Below, one piece after another: positions 1 to 10,470 of a DNA stretch of 34,917 nucleotides. Origin of the DNA: Saprolegnia diclina VS20 (Eukaryota); contig NW_008246111.1 of assembly GCF_000281045.1 (NCBI RefSeq), positions 37,807 to 72,723 of the forward strand, written 5' to 3'. Within the stretch, counting starts at the first letter, position 1. Every line of letters starts with the position of its first letter. A model generated the notes under the pieces. The model made no database searches. It saw nothing but the letters and a program-made list of their open reading frames with translations, and had not been told where the DNA came from. The translations under genes and the position numbers were made by a program.

Positions 1-1936
1 GGCTCCAATAGTATTTTTCACCGTGCAATGTCTTTAGCGCCAAGGTACTGTGAAAGACACGTTCTGTGTTGTGGCCCATGCTGCTGGCGACAGCGCTCCC
101 AGTTGCGCGCTCGGCGTCGACTCGCACGATGCTTCTTTCCCAAGAAAACGCCACGCGCACAAAGCTACGGGCATGGGTATTGATTGACCCATGGCTGCGG
201 GGCACCCAAGCGCCGTCGACGAGGGACCTCCTTTGCCTTCGTGGACGCTGCACCGGTGGCGAAGAGGCAAGGGTTAAACTCAGAATCTCCCTTGGCAACA
301 GGACGCGTGCGATACTGGGAGGCGCATGCGTCGACAAACGAGCCAGTAAAATCATCACGAATTAGAGTTCAAATGGCGTCCCGACTCAAAAGAAAATGGC
401 GACTTGGATGTTGGAGCAGTTTGCGATGGAAGCACGACACCCAGTAGTGCGTGTCGACGTTGGCCACCAGCAGTCGGCCATGGAGGACGAAGAAGAGGAA
501 AGGACTCGGCATGGCGATGGATTCGAGTGCAGCGCGACGGCCGACGCGACCAGCCGCATGCAAGCTTGGCGCCGAGGCACGAGTCGCGCGTCGACGCCCG
601 AGATGTACGTAGTGTGGCGGCAGTGACGAGCACGCGGCCGCAGAGGTCGAATGCGGCCGTAGCGACCCGGCCGTCGTTCCGGACGTGCAAGCGTGTGCTG
701 CCGTGAATGCTAGACATCGAGGCGTCGCTCGCAGGTCTTGGGAACTTGTACGAGTGCATCTCGGAGGCGGTTGCGAGGCCGACGCGCGAGAGGCTGTCGA
801 AAAATTGGTCAGGGCTCCGCCCTAGGGCCGACTCGGTGGCTCGTCACGGATGCTGAAGCTGCGCCACGCCTACACCGCATCGCGTGGGCTTTCTGTGGGC
901 CAGCGTCGCCAGCACGTATGTGGCAAGAACACTGGTGATTGGCCAAAATGCATGCCGATTGTGATTAACGTTAGCTGGAACGATCGTCCACCAGCAAGAG
1001 AAGGAGCAGCGCCAGGTATCTCGCATTGCGACCGAGCGATACCTCATGATAACGTGTGCGTAGAGTATGTTGAGGGAGTCTCCTCGAGCACAACGCAGCA
1101 GCGTCAGCGGTGCCTTAGAAGCCTCGGCGTTGTCTGTCTGGCGTTGCTGGTCGTTATTCTTGGCGTTCGCCATTTTCAACCATAAAAGCCACATTTGGAC
1201 GAACGCAGCCTTGCCGCGTCGGCGGATCGACCAAAATGAAGTTTGAAAATGAAGTCGCCCATACTTACCAGAGTGGTAAACCACACTTTGGAGAGCTCAA
1301 AACGCTATGTGGCGTCGCCGTTTGAGATCTGTAGCGAGAGGAAATGACCTGGGAAATGACTGCGGCGAGCAAATAGGATATAGTATGAATTTTTCTACAC
1401 TGAAATACTGTATGGCGGAGTCGGGGCCTCATTACGGAGCATATAGCAGGCGCGAGGCCTCCCTCGCCCACATGCAACACGCTCTTTAACATGAATAAAA
1501 AGCGATAGCGTCCTCAGTTTCCGCGATTTCAACGTATTTTCAATCGAAATATCGTGCCGCATTTTGGGAAAACCGACGCTCGGCAGTTTGAGTTTGGTGT
1601 GAGCGCCCAAGCAACGGCGCGGCCCAACAAACTGGTCGCACATCGGGTCAAGATCCATAGCCAACTGTGGCAGCCAGAATTGGGGTCCTTGGAGCTTTCA
1701 AACCCCGCGATTTCATGTAGAGTATTTGGGCAATTGTGCCACCACCTCAAAAAATGAAAAATGGATTTACACGTGATTACGCCCCGTTCAGCGTCGGAAA
1801 CGACATGTACGTCGTTCAGTGAGTGTGTAGAGAGGTATAGATATCTGCCACGTGGTTGTGGCAGGTCTGTGGGCTGCTACTCGGCGTTGCGGTGAAATTG
1901 ATACGTACACTATATAAGACCTGTGACTACATGTCT

Positions 1937-1972
1937 TGTGATTGGCTATAAAAATGTTGAATTCGAGCCAAT
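1937..1972 (+). promoter_or_regulatory. Two CCAAT boxes (TGTGATTGGCT at 1937-1947, CCAAT at 1968-1972)
   Basis: Close match to the oomycete CCAAT-box motif (TGATTGGCT). Pyrimidine-rich Inr-like sequence follows at about 1981-1997, but no convincing long ORF lies downstream. Confidence 0.35.
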
Positions 1973-2766
1973 GAGAACACCCATTTCCATTTCAGTCGAG
2001 TTTCAAAATCGACTCGGCGATGCAATGGCACTAACGTTACCAGGTAGAGTAGCGTCACGGTACCGCCTTTCGGGAGCTAACTTTAGAGTTCATGAGCAAT
2101 AGTCGGCACGGTTAAGAGATGCTCACTCTTGCAGGGTAGAGATGCCCACGACGCGGCAACCACTTTGCCTCGGCGTGAGCTTGCATCGAACAACGCGTGC
2201 CCTTGAAGGGAAGGGCAAGCGCATGGGCTTTTGCCGCTCCACACAAAGTGCCCATCGAGAGCACACAAGCGCTCCCTCCCACACGGCAGTGACTCGGATA
2301 GGCACGATCCTGCTTCAAGTGGCGTCGGTTCATGCTCCAGGCGAGCAACATTACTCAGAGCGCGATGTCGCGCCAATTTCATATCAAAATCTAAACCCAC
2401 GCCACCTAAGCCGTACTTGCCGACACTTGGAGTCCATAAACGCTTTGTGTGTTCAACACATTTATATGAAGTCTTTGACAACAATATTTTCTCGCTTGGA
2501 ACACGCGCGAACCCGACTGAACGGCAACAAAAAAGTCCTGTGACTGGACTCGGGCTTTGCCAAGTTGCGTGGAATTAACCTACTCGGTGTATGGCCAACG
2601 ACGCGCAACTTTAACGAATGGATGCTACAATGGTGCAGTCCACGCAATTAAAATACACTTTTCTACAATGCAGCATTCAATTCCACACACAAATATGGAG
2701 TACAAGCGGCATAAAAAGCGTTGTTTGGCGAATTAAAATACGGACCGAATTCAATGTCGTCGAAAC

Positions 2767-2812
2767 GATTGGCTCCAACTCCCGAGTGGTGTATCCGCGG
2801 GTCGCTCATTCC
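2767..2812 (+). promoter_or_regulatory. MAK16 core promoter: CCAAT box and oomycete initiator
   Basis: GATTGGCT at 2767-2774 and GCTCATTCC at 2804-2812 (matches oomycete Inr GCTCATTYY), just upstream of the ATG at 2846. Confidence 0.6.
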
Positions 2813-2845
2813 TGTTGAAGCACCCGCTTGCGCCCGCGCCACGCC

Positions 2846-4024
2846 ATGCAGCACGACGAAGTTATCTGGGGCGTCATCTCCAACCAGTTCTGCTCGTTCA
2901 AGAGCAAGTACGTCTGCCGTACAAATCGCTGCCGCGTGAGGCTAAGTGCTTATTTAGGCTGCGCGAAGGCGCCATGTTTTGCCGCAATGAGTACAACGTC
3001 ACGGGCCTCTGCAATCGGTACGGCCGCTCTCTACTGCAATGGCTCATGACGCCACCAGGCAATCGTGCCCGCTGGCCAACTCGCGCTACGCGACGATCCG
3101 CGAGCACAACGGCGTGTGCTTCCTGTACATGAAGACGATCGAGCGCGCGCATTCGCCCAAGAACCTCTGGGAAAAGGTCAAGCTCTCCAAGAACTACACC
3201 AAGTCGCTCGAGCAGATCGACGCCCAAATGGTACATTGCACGCGCTGTTGAAGGCAGCGAAGGACGATGGCGTCGTCGTAGCAATTCTGGCCCAAGAAGC
3301 TCATCCATCGCAACAAGCAGCGCTTGACCAAGATCCACCAGTACCTCATGCGCATGCGCAAGCTCCGCCTCAAGACCAAGCCGAACCTTGTTGTCATCAA
3401 CAAGAAGATCGAGCGCCGTGAAGCGCGTCGCGAAGAGAAGGCCAAGACCGCTGCCAAGCTCGGTACGATGCGCGATCGCGATACAAGAATGCCACTCATG
3501 CCATTTAGACTTTTCGATCGAGAAGGAGCTGCTGCAGCGTCTCCAGAAGGGCACGTACGGCGATATTTATAACTTTCCCGAGCGCGAGTTTGCCAAGGTG
3601 CTCGACGACAACGAGGTATCATCTTTCTACGGAGATGGGATCGTATGCTGACGCGCCGTGTAGGAAGAGGAAGAAGAAGGCGAGGATGAGTACGAAATGG
3701 AGAGCGACGACGAGTCGGGCCAGGTCGAATACGTCGAGGTAGACCATCGATGGAGCCGCATGGTGTGCTCATTTTGGAGTCGCGTAGGACTTTGACGACG
3801 AGAGCGAAGACGACATGGAAGACTTTGGCGACGACGATGACGAGGAAGATGATGACGACGATGAGGACGACGACGACGACGACGACGACGAAGATGCGAG
3901 CGCCGGGAAGCGCAAGCGTCCGGCGGCCAAGGGCAGCAAGCCCGCCAAGAAGCCCAAGCGCGCCGGCGCCTACGTCGAGATCGAGTACGAAGACGAAAAC
4001 GAATTCGAGTCGACGGCCAACTAG
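2846..4024 (+). CDS. MAK16: MAK16 60S ribosome biogenesis factor, 7 exons
   Basis: GT-AG introns 2908-2957, 3018-3058, 3231-3281, 3463-3508, 3616-3663 and 3739-3787 give a continuous frame: [21 protein letters not shown]...[26 protein letters not shown]...[10 protein letters not shown]...[21 protein letters not shown], an acidic tail and VEIEYEDE. These are diagnostic MAK16 motifs. Confidence 0.96.
3832..3895 (+). repeat. Coding GAC/GAT trinucleotide-rich tract (poly-Asp/Glu tail of MAK16)
   Basis: Run of gacgacgac... encoding [22 protein letters not shown]. Confidence 0.8.
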
Positions 4025-4735
4025 TCGTGTCCCGTCGCCGCCGTTCCTATATTTTAACTCGCAATGCACACCTGTTTTAGACTCTACTGCTACGCGATCA
4101 TGGCGCCGAGATCATGAAAATGACCTTTGGTTCATGAGGAGGAGGACGTCATACTAGTAGAGCAAAATGCATGGAGCTAGCCGAATAACTCGAGGTTGAC
4201 GCCAACGATTCGGTCGCGCGGGCAACCAAGAGAGCGCTAAGATTCAGAACTGGAAGATTCCCTGCGCACGAGCAGCGCCTGGCGCACGAGGCGAAGACGT
4301 ACTAGTAGCTGCCAGTCTTGGACAGAGCACACGCTGTTCCTGTGTCTTGCTCCAAGGGCGCTTGTGTGAGCTTCTAGAAGTGCTTCAAATGTAGTAAGAG
4401 TCCAGCTGATCTGGTTCCTGGCTGTCGACGGTCGCGGCGACATGATCGAGGCGTGGCCATGTGCCATGCAGCGCTGTCTAGCACTCTTCCATCACATCCC
4501 ATCTCGACTTACATTGAGATCTAGTGCGCTGCAAGAGTCGTTGGTGACTGCTTGGGCAACAGCGAGAGGAAGAAGAGGGTTGTTTCGAGCAGTCCAACAC
4601 ACGTGGGTGATTAAATTAGAGTCTTAAACAACCAAGCGCGAGAAGGCCCGAGCCAGAAAGCCAAGAGGTCGAACCCATGAGCAAGCTGCCACAAACCACG
4701 ACACCGAAATATGTCGAGCCGTTTGGGCAGCGCGC

Positions 4736-5191
4736 TTAGAGGCGGCGACCACGGCGACCACCCTTTCGGCGGGTCGAGTCCGTCGGGATCGGCGTGGCAT
4801 CCTCAATGCGGCCAATCTTCATGCCGTTACGGGCAAGGGCGCGGAGGGCCGACTGGGCACCAGGGCCGGGGGTCTTGGTGCGGTTGCCACCCGTGGCACG
4901 GATCTTGACGTGGAGGGCCGTGATGCCGACCTCCTTGCACTTGGCGGCGACGTCCTGGGCAGCCAACATGGCGGCGTACGGCGAAGCTTCATCGCGATCG
5001 GCCTTGACCTTCATGCCGCCCGTGACACGGACGATGGTCTCGCGGCCCGAGAGGTCCGTGACGTGCACGAACGTATCGTTGAACGAGGCGAAGATGTGGG
5101 CGACGCCGAACACTTCCTGGCCCTCGCGGGCGGTAGGGCCAAGCTTGACCACTTCCTCGACGCTCTCAACCTTGACGGCCTTCTTGGACAT
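4736..5191 (-). CDS. RPS14: 40S ribosomal protein S14 (uS11), intronless, 151 aa
   Basis: ATG at 5191. MSKKAVK...[55 protein letters not shown]...[12 protein letters not shown] is the canonical eukaryotic uS11 sequence. Confidence 0.99.
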   Translation of the reverse strand: MSKKAVKVESVEEVVKLGPTAREGQEVFGVAHIFASFNDTFVHVTDLSGRETIVRVTGGMKVKADRDEASPYAAMLAAQDVAAKCKEVGITALHVKIRATGGNRTKTPGPGAQSALRALARNGMKIGRIEDATPIPTDSTRRKGGRRGRRL

Positions 5192-5221
5192 TATGCGAAT
5201 TGACAACGGGGATGGAGGCCG

Positions 5222-5300
5222 ATTGCAGAATGCTCAAGCCGTGGCCAGCGCCGCCCCACTCGACTTGACTGGCGCAGAGCCGATGCCATTCTCGCCCAAT
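5222..5300 (-). promoter_or_regulatory. RPS14 core promoter (Inr/FPR-like element and CCAAT box)
   Basis: Minus strand reads CATTCTGCAAT at 5232-5222, resembling oomycete CATTYYNCAWT. A CCAAT box lies at 5296-5300. Confidence 0.45.
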
Positions 5301-5977
5301 GGCCTTGCGCGCTTTTTTAATTGGTGCTCGTGATCTTGGCATTTGTATGTAGGTTTGGACCACGCCTTTTAACAATCGAAGTTCGTAGCTGATAGGGCGC
5401 CGCAAATAGTGTGCGATCCAGGTAGTGGGCATGGCACGGCGATCGCCACGACAGAGCGCACGACTGCAAGACTTTTGCTACTAGTAGCAAGGTCATTCAA
5501 GTACACACGCCGCCATGCTACGGATGGTAGAAGACTAGTTTTGTGGACGATGTGTGCGCAAGGTCATCGTAATCATGGTCAAGCCTTGGTGCTTGGGACC
5601 GACGGATTGCCGATGGCAGCAGCATCGCAGAGCTTGCAAGATGTACCAGCAATTCATCGAGGCGTCGTTCTTCGAGTTGTTGTGCTGCGCTAGCAATGTA
5701 CTGTAGTGCATGTGGCTCCATCATATCCTGCTTGCGACGGAATACGAGATGGAAGCGCGATTTCGTTGTAAATAGTGTACATGACCAATATTAGTTTAAT
5801 TTCTGACAATGAAATCTTCTTCTTTGTATGCATAAAATTTAATTTTGAAACTTCGATTTGCACAGACAGCATCATGCTTTTGAGATGGCAACTCCAACAC
5901 CGACGGACCGATCGGAGATGCTTCATTGCGCGCAGTAACTTGGAAAATCATTTACAGAGAGCATCTTGCTACAGCCC

Positions 5978-7697
5978 TTAGAGGCGAGCCCACGCCGCGG
6001 CCACAGCCGCCGCGCCAAGCAGCAACGATGGCCCCTGCGTCGCCGCAGCACTCTTGACGCAATCCGTGCAGCCTACTCATGCATCAACAACTTGGTTTCA
6101 ACGACCGAACGTTGTACCAGGCTTCGTGCACTTGGTGCAGATCGCGCCAACGCACTGGCCTTTGCAGTAGCACGCGCTGTCGACGCACAGACCTACGCGG
6201 CGATGACATTGCGATGGATTCAGCTTCCAAATCCGTACCAAGGGTCCCGCAGTTGGGGCGCGTGGCGTCCGTGGCCAGGCACTTGTTGGCCGTCGGCGTC
6301 GTCGCGCCGCCCGTGACGGTGCAAAAGTTGCCTACCACTCACGTCATTGCGGGCCATTGTTGACGCATCGTACCGCCAAATCCACTGTTGCACGTGCACG
6401 TGTTGGTGTCGAGATTGCACTTGCCGCCTAGACACGAGTTAAAAGACAATAGTCGCCACACACGACGCACCCAAGTTGATCGAGTTGCAAGCGACGTCGC
6501 TCGTGCAGCTCATACACTGGTTGCCCGAGTATCCCGAGTTGCATTTGCATTGGCCCTAAGAACGCTCTTGAGTGTGCTGCGCGAGAGAAGCATGCTATCG
6601 TGAGTACCTCTTCACAGGTGCCGCCAAGGCCACAGTCGGCGACGCACTTGTTGGATAGCACCTTGTCGCAAAAGCGTCCACCAAAGCCGACGTCGCACAA
6701 GCACTGTAATGCGGTATGGGGTGTCTATGCGGTTGGAAGTAGTGTACGTACGCGGTACTTGGCTTCCGGTGCGTCCGAGTCGGTGGGCGTGCACGTGCCA
6801 TGGTTACTGCAGAGTTGCTAGCGGTTAATGTATCAAAGTCGAAGGAGAGACCTCGAAGGAACGTACGTTCGAACCCGTTGGGCCCGTCGAGCAGCTTAAG
6901 CCCGTGTCGCAGACCGCAGGAAACGCACTTTGGTCCTTGCACTGCCCTATCCCGACGGTTTGTTGGTGCATATTTTGCAGACGCGAATCGACAGGTACCT
7001 TTCAAGACGCACTGGAACGAGCCCGCAACGGTCTTGTTGCTCGACTTGGGCTTGTAACAGTTGAGGCAGTTGGAAGTCGCTGCCTGCAGCCGCCGGACGA
7101 TTGCCGGTGTCGTCGTATTCCCGTTGTTCGACGTTGTCGTTGTCGTTGCGGTCGTCGTGGTCGTCGACGTCGATGTCGACGCTACGCCAGACATGAAGAC
7201 AAGGCGTCGCCTGTTGCTGCAGACATACACAGCATGACACTGCCGTCGGCGGCAGGAACGAGCATCTCGCCCGACGTGGACGTGCAGCAGTTGATGTTGC
7301 GAATTTTGTCCGTCTCGACGAAGAGACACATGAGCGACCCGATCTCCGAGTCCTACACACCGCCCTTTGTCGCCGTCGCACTGTGCGAGCTTTTGGTTAC
7401 CTGCGACGGGCAGTGGCCAAACGTGACGCCACCGCAGAGCGGTTGCTGCGCCGTGCACTTTGAAAAGGCCGAGCGACCTGCGTATTCCGTCAGCACCAGA
7501 GTCCGTGAGAGGTTTATGTACCTGTGTCAAAAGTCACACACGCTGCGTCCGCGCTGCAGTCGGCGTTTGAGGTGCAGCGACCTTGCAGCTGTTGCGCCTG
7601 GAATGCAGGTGAGCGCTTTTGGGACGCAATTGTCGTTGCGGACCTGGACCGTCGCGGCGAGAAAAGCGGTCAACCAAAGCACCGAGAGCGTGAACAT
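5978..7697 (-). CDS. Secreted Cys-rich EGF-like repeat protein with Ser/Thr-rich linker and probable GPI signal; multi-exon
   Basis: Signal peptide MFTLSVLWLTAFLAATVQ|A (first intron 7598-7643). Spliced exons give CTSNADCSADAACV, CGGVTFGHCPSQ, a Thr-rich tract, QLCSNHGTC, CLCDVGFGGRFCDK, CVADCGLGGTCEE and GKCNLDTNTCTCNSGF. The hydrophobic C-terminus KSAAATQGPSLLLGAAAVAAAWARL ends at TAA 5978-5980. Some internal boundaries are unresolved. Confidence 0.82.
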
Positions 7698-7871
7698 GTC
7701 GGAACTTTGCTGTGATTTCGACTTTGATCTTGGACGACGCCCAAGACGGTCCAATTTCGAAGGATACCACATGTTCGAGATGTTCAAAATGGAAAATTAA
7801 CTATTTCGAGGGCATCGAGCGCCCCAGAAATTTTAGTATCTATATTTTTTATTATCCCGAAGTTGCAAGTT

Positions 7872-7943
7872 GGGGGTATAGCGCAGTGGTAGCGCGTCCG
7901 CTTTGCATGCGGAAGGCCCCGGGTTCGACCCCCGGTTCCTCCA
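7872..7943 (+). tRNA. tRNA-Ala (anticodon UGC), intronless
   Basis: 72-nt cloverleaf: acceptor GGGGGTA/TTCCTCC with the G3:U70 Ala identity pair, D-arm GCGC-AGTGGTA-GCGC, anticodon stem TCCGC/GCGGA with TGC at 7904-7906, T-arm CCGGG-TTCGACC-CCCGG, discriminator A. Confidence 0.97.
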
Positions 7944-7948
7944 TTTTT
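7944..7948 (+). terminator. RNA polymerase III terminator (T5)
   Basis: TTTTT immediately after the tRNA discriminator base. Confidence 0.8.
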
Positions 7949-8965
7949 GCACCGGTTCATTTGCACGGTTGTGAAGGGATGTTGTATGGCCGCTATAACT
8001 TAGTAGGAAAAGGCATGCGTTTTGCTGCACACAGCACCTTTCGGCTTCCGTGGACAGGACCGCTTTGTCGTAATATCACCGCCGACGGCGCCATGAGGGA
8101 TGCCACGGACAGTCGAATCAATACAAGTCAACTGTACTGACATCACCGTTTCTCTTCGTTGGGCGTGGGACTGGACTTGTTTTGGGCTACGTTAAAATCG
8201 CGCGCGGGCTTGCCGCCTTCGCGGTGGACAAGGTCGCGGGCCACTGGCGCCGGGCTGCCGACGAAGCGCAGACGATGGACCGAGTGTCGAGGCGGCGTCG
8301 TCACCTGTGCCAGCCACACGACCACGAGGACGAGCGAAAGAATCATGGCACGCGGCCACACGTGGCGAGCCGACGTTGGATACATCGTTTAAAATCCAAG
8401 CGACCATGGATACCCTTGAAAGATCGCACCTCTTCGAAAGATTGGCCCTTCCTGTGCCAATACATAATTTTGGATACGATTGTCATCGCCAAATATATTC
8501 CTTGCGTACGTCCCACAAGCGAGATCTTGAGAGCGCACGTCCGCTTGCACCATCGAATGGCCAACGGCCGAGGCCTTATGGTCCATGCTTACCCTACACT
8601 TCTGCAACTGGAGCTTTGACATCAACGCCTTCCCACTCTCTGGATCGCACTTGGGCTCAAAGCTACGCCGTGCGCCAGGGTACGAATACAGTTGCTGGCG
8701 TCAAGGGCTCGCTCGACACTAGCCACTGCACGCCAGGATGGTCGCTACTACGCGTATGGTTTGGCAGTAGCTAGCGAGGTGCACACCAACGAGACCGTCC
8801 ATGACCCGACTCTGCGTGGTGACAGATGAACAAGAGACAGTCAACGATGCGTTTGGCGGTCGAGTCCCACACCATAGGTACTAACGTTAGTACAACGTTC
8901 CCAGCAGCAGGTTCGGAAACGCCTGCGGGCGCCACGTCATTTTATCCGGATACTTCGAGTGGCGC

Positions 8966-9050
8966 GACCATTCTCCAAGCATCCCATCGATCCCAACGCT
9001 CGCGAGCAGCAAGACCATTCTCCAAGCATCCCATCGATCCCAACGCTCGC
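8966..9050. repeat. Direct repeat, two exact 38-bp copies
   Basis: gaccattctccaagcatcccatcgatcccaacgctcgc at 8966-9003 and 9013-9050, separated by gagcagcaa. Confidence 0.95.
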
Positions 9051-9365
9051 TCAACTGCGCTGCACCCCACGGCTCATACGCGAGGTATCGCAAGGTACCG
9101 TGGATGGCGCTAGCCTCCACAAGTGTCACCGACCTGCGCGCTGGTGCGGGATAGAACGACCGATCATTTCTCGTCGATTCTTGAAGCGCGCAGGAACATC
9201 ACCTACTGGACGCAGCCGTGTACAAACGCCGACGTAGCGTTGTCGACGCCACCGACTCTTCCCGATTCGACAAAGGAGGACGATCGGTATCTTCCATCGA
9301 AGCCCAGATGGTGTGAGAGCCAGACCGACGACTATGGGCGAGTGGCGGCCAGTTGCAGATTTGCC

Positions 9366-10298
9366 ATGTTCCACTTTCTCTCGCTCGTGGCGTCTGGCTT
9401 GTACGTCATTGGTCTCTCGGACGCTGCGTGCAATGCGTCCAAGTACACGCTCACACCGTTCGCGGGCGCCGGCACGAAAGGCTTTGCCGACGGCCCGCGC
9501 CTCGCCGCGCTCTTTGCCGAGCCGCAGGGCCTCGCGTTTGACGGCCATGACCTCTTCGTCGCCGACACGAGCAGCAACCGCATTCGCCGCGTCTCGGCCA
9601 CGGACGTCTCGACGCTGCCAAGTGTGCTGCGGCAGCCGCGCAGCGTCACGACCGATGCGCGGTACGGCGTCGTCGTCGCCGACTATGGCAACCACATGCT
9701 GCGCGCGCTCAACGGCTCGGACGCGGTTGACCTCGCCGGCACGCTCGGCCTCGGACCCGGGTTCGCCGACGGCCCCGCGGCGTCCGCGCAGTTTCACAAT
9801 CCTTCGGGCGTCGCTGTCGCCCGCGATGGCGCCATCTACGTCGCCGACTCGTCCAACAACCGCATCCGCAAGCTCTCGGCGGACCGGTCGACGGTGACGA
9901 CGGTCGCTGGCAGCGCGACGTCCGGCGACGACGACGGCAACGCAGCCACGTTCAATGTCCCGACGGACCTCGTGCTGCACCGAAACGCGCTGTACATCAC
10001 GGACCTCAACAACCACGCGATTCGACTGCTCGACCTGTCGACCAACGAGATCTCGACCTTGGACTTTGATGCAGAGCTTAAGTACCCCCATGGCATTGCG
10101 TGCGACAGCTGCGGCAATTTGTACGTAGCCGACACGTACAACAACCGTGTGCTCAAGATCGACCCGGTCTCGGGCGCCGTCGTCGTGCTCGGCGACGTCG
10201 AGAGTCCCGTCGGTGTCGCCGTCAGCGCCAAGGACGGCAGCGTCTACGTGTCGAGCCCGTCGCTGCAGCAAATTCTGCGCCTTGCCCCGTCTGCATAA
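9366..10298 (+). CDS. Secreted NHL-repeat beta-propeller protein, intronless, 310 aa
   Basis: ATG at 9366 starts signal-like MFHFLSLVASGLYVIGLSDA. Six NHL-like blades follow: FAEPQGLAFD..LFVADTSSNRIR, LRQPRSV..VVADYGNHMLR, FHNPSGVAV..IYVADSSNNRIR, FNVPTDLVL..LYITDLNNHAIR, LKYPHGIACD..LYVADTYNNRV, VESPVGVAV..VYVSS. Confidence 0.9.
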   Translation: MFHFLSLVASGLYVIGLSDAACNASKYTLTPFAGAGTKGFADGPRLAALFAEPQGLAFDGHDLFVADTSSNRIRRVSATDVSTLPSVLRQPRSVTTDARYGVVVADYGNHMLRALNGSDAVDLAGTLGLGPGFADGPAASAQFHNPSGVAVARDGAIYVADSSNNRIRKLSADRSTVTTVAGSATSGDDDGNAATFNVPTDLVLHRNALYITDLNNHAIRLLDLSTNEISTLDFDAELKYPHGIACDSCGNLYVADTYNNRVLKIDPVSGAVVVLGDVESPVGVAVSAKDGSVYVSSPSLQQILRLAPSA

Positions 10299-10470
10299 TT
10301 TAGTCGTTTTGTCTCGTTTCAAAAGTCGTGTTGATATTGTCATCTTGTCCAATCTCATCTTCGCTACCAGCTGCCGCGTCAGCGTCCAGCGCGGCGCACG
10401 TAGGAGGGTAGGAGGGTCGACAGTTGTGGGTTGCTTGCAGAGTGGCTCTGTCTGTGCTCGAGTCGTCGGC

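Noticed and set aside
1..1900. Numerous 60-146 aa ORFs on both strands, including an acidic MEDEEEER stretch at about 480
   Set aside because: No recognisable domain, and I could not build a consistent spliced model.
3194..4069. 291-aa minus-strand ORF with poly-Val
   Set aside because: Antisense reading of the MAK16 poly-Asp tract.
4794..5333. 179-aa plus-strand ORF overlapping RPS14
   Set aside because: Antisense shadow of a GC-rich, codon-biased gene.
6904..7800. 298-aa plus-strand Arg/Cys-rich ORF
   Set aside because: Antisense to the EGF-repeat gene; the Arg runs mirror its Thr-rich tract.
8966..9050. Repeat-spacer-repeat resembling a minimal CRISPR array
   Set aside because: Only two copies, a 9-nt spacer, no cas genes and a eukaryotic context.
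9123..9365. 81-codon upstream extension of the NHL ORF
   Set aside because: It starts at GTG. The ATG at 9366 directly precedes a signal-peptide-like segment and is the more plausible eukaryotic start.
9126..10358. 410-aa minus-strand ORF
   Set aside because: Antisense shadow of the NHL gene.
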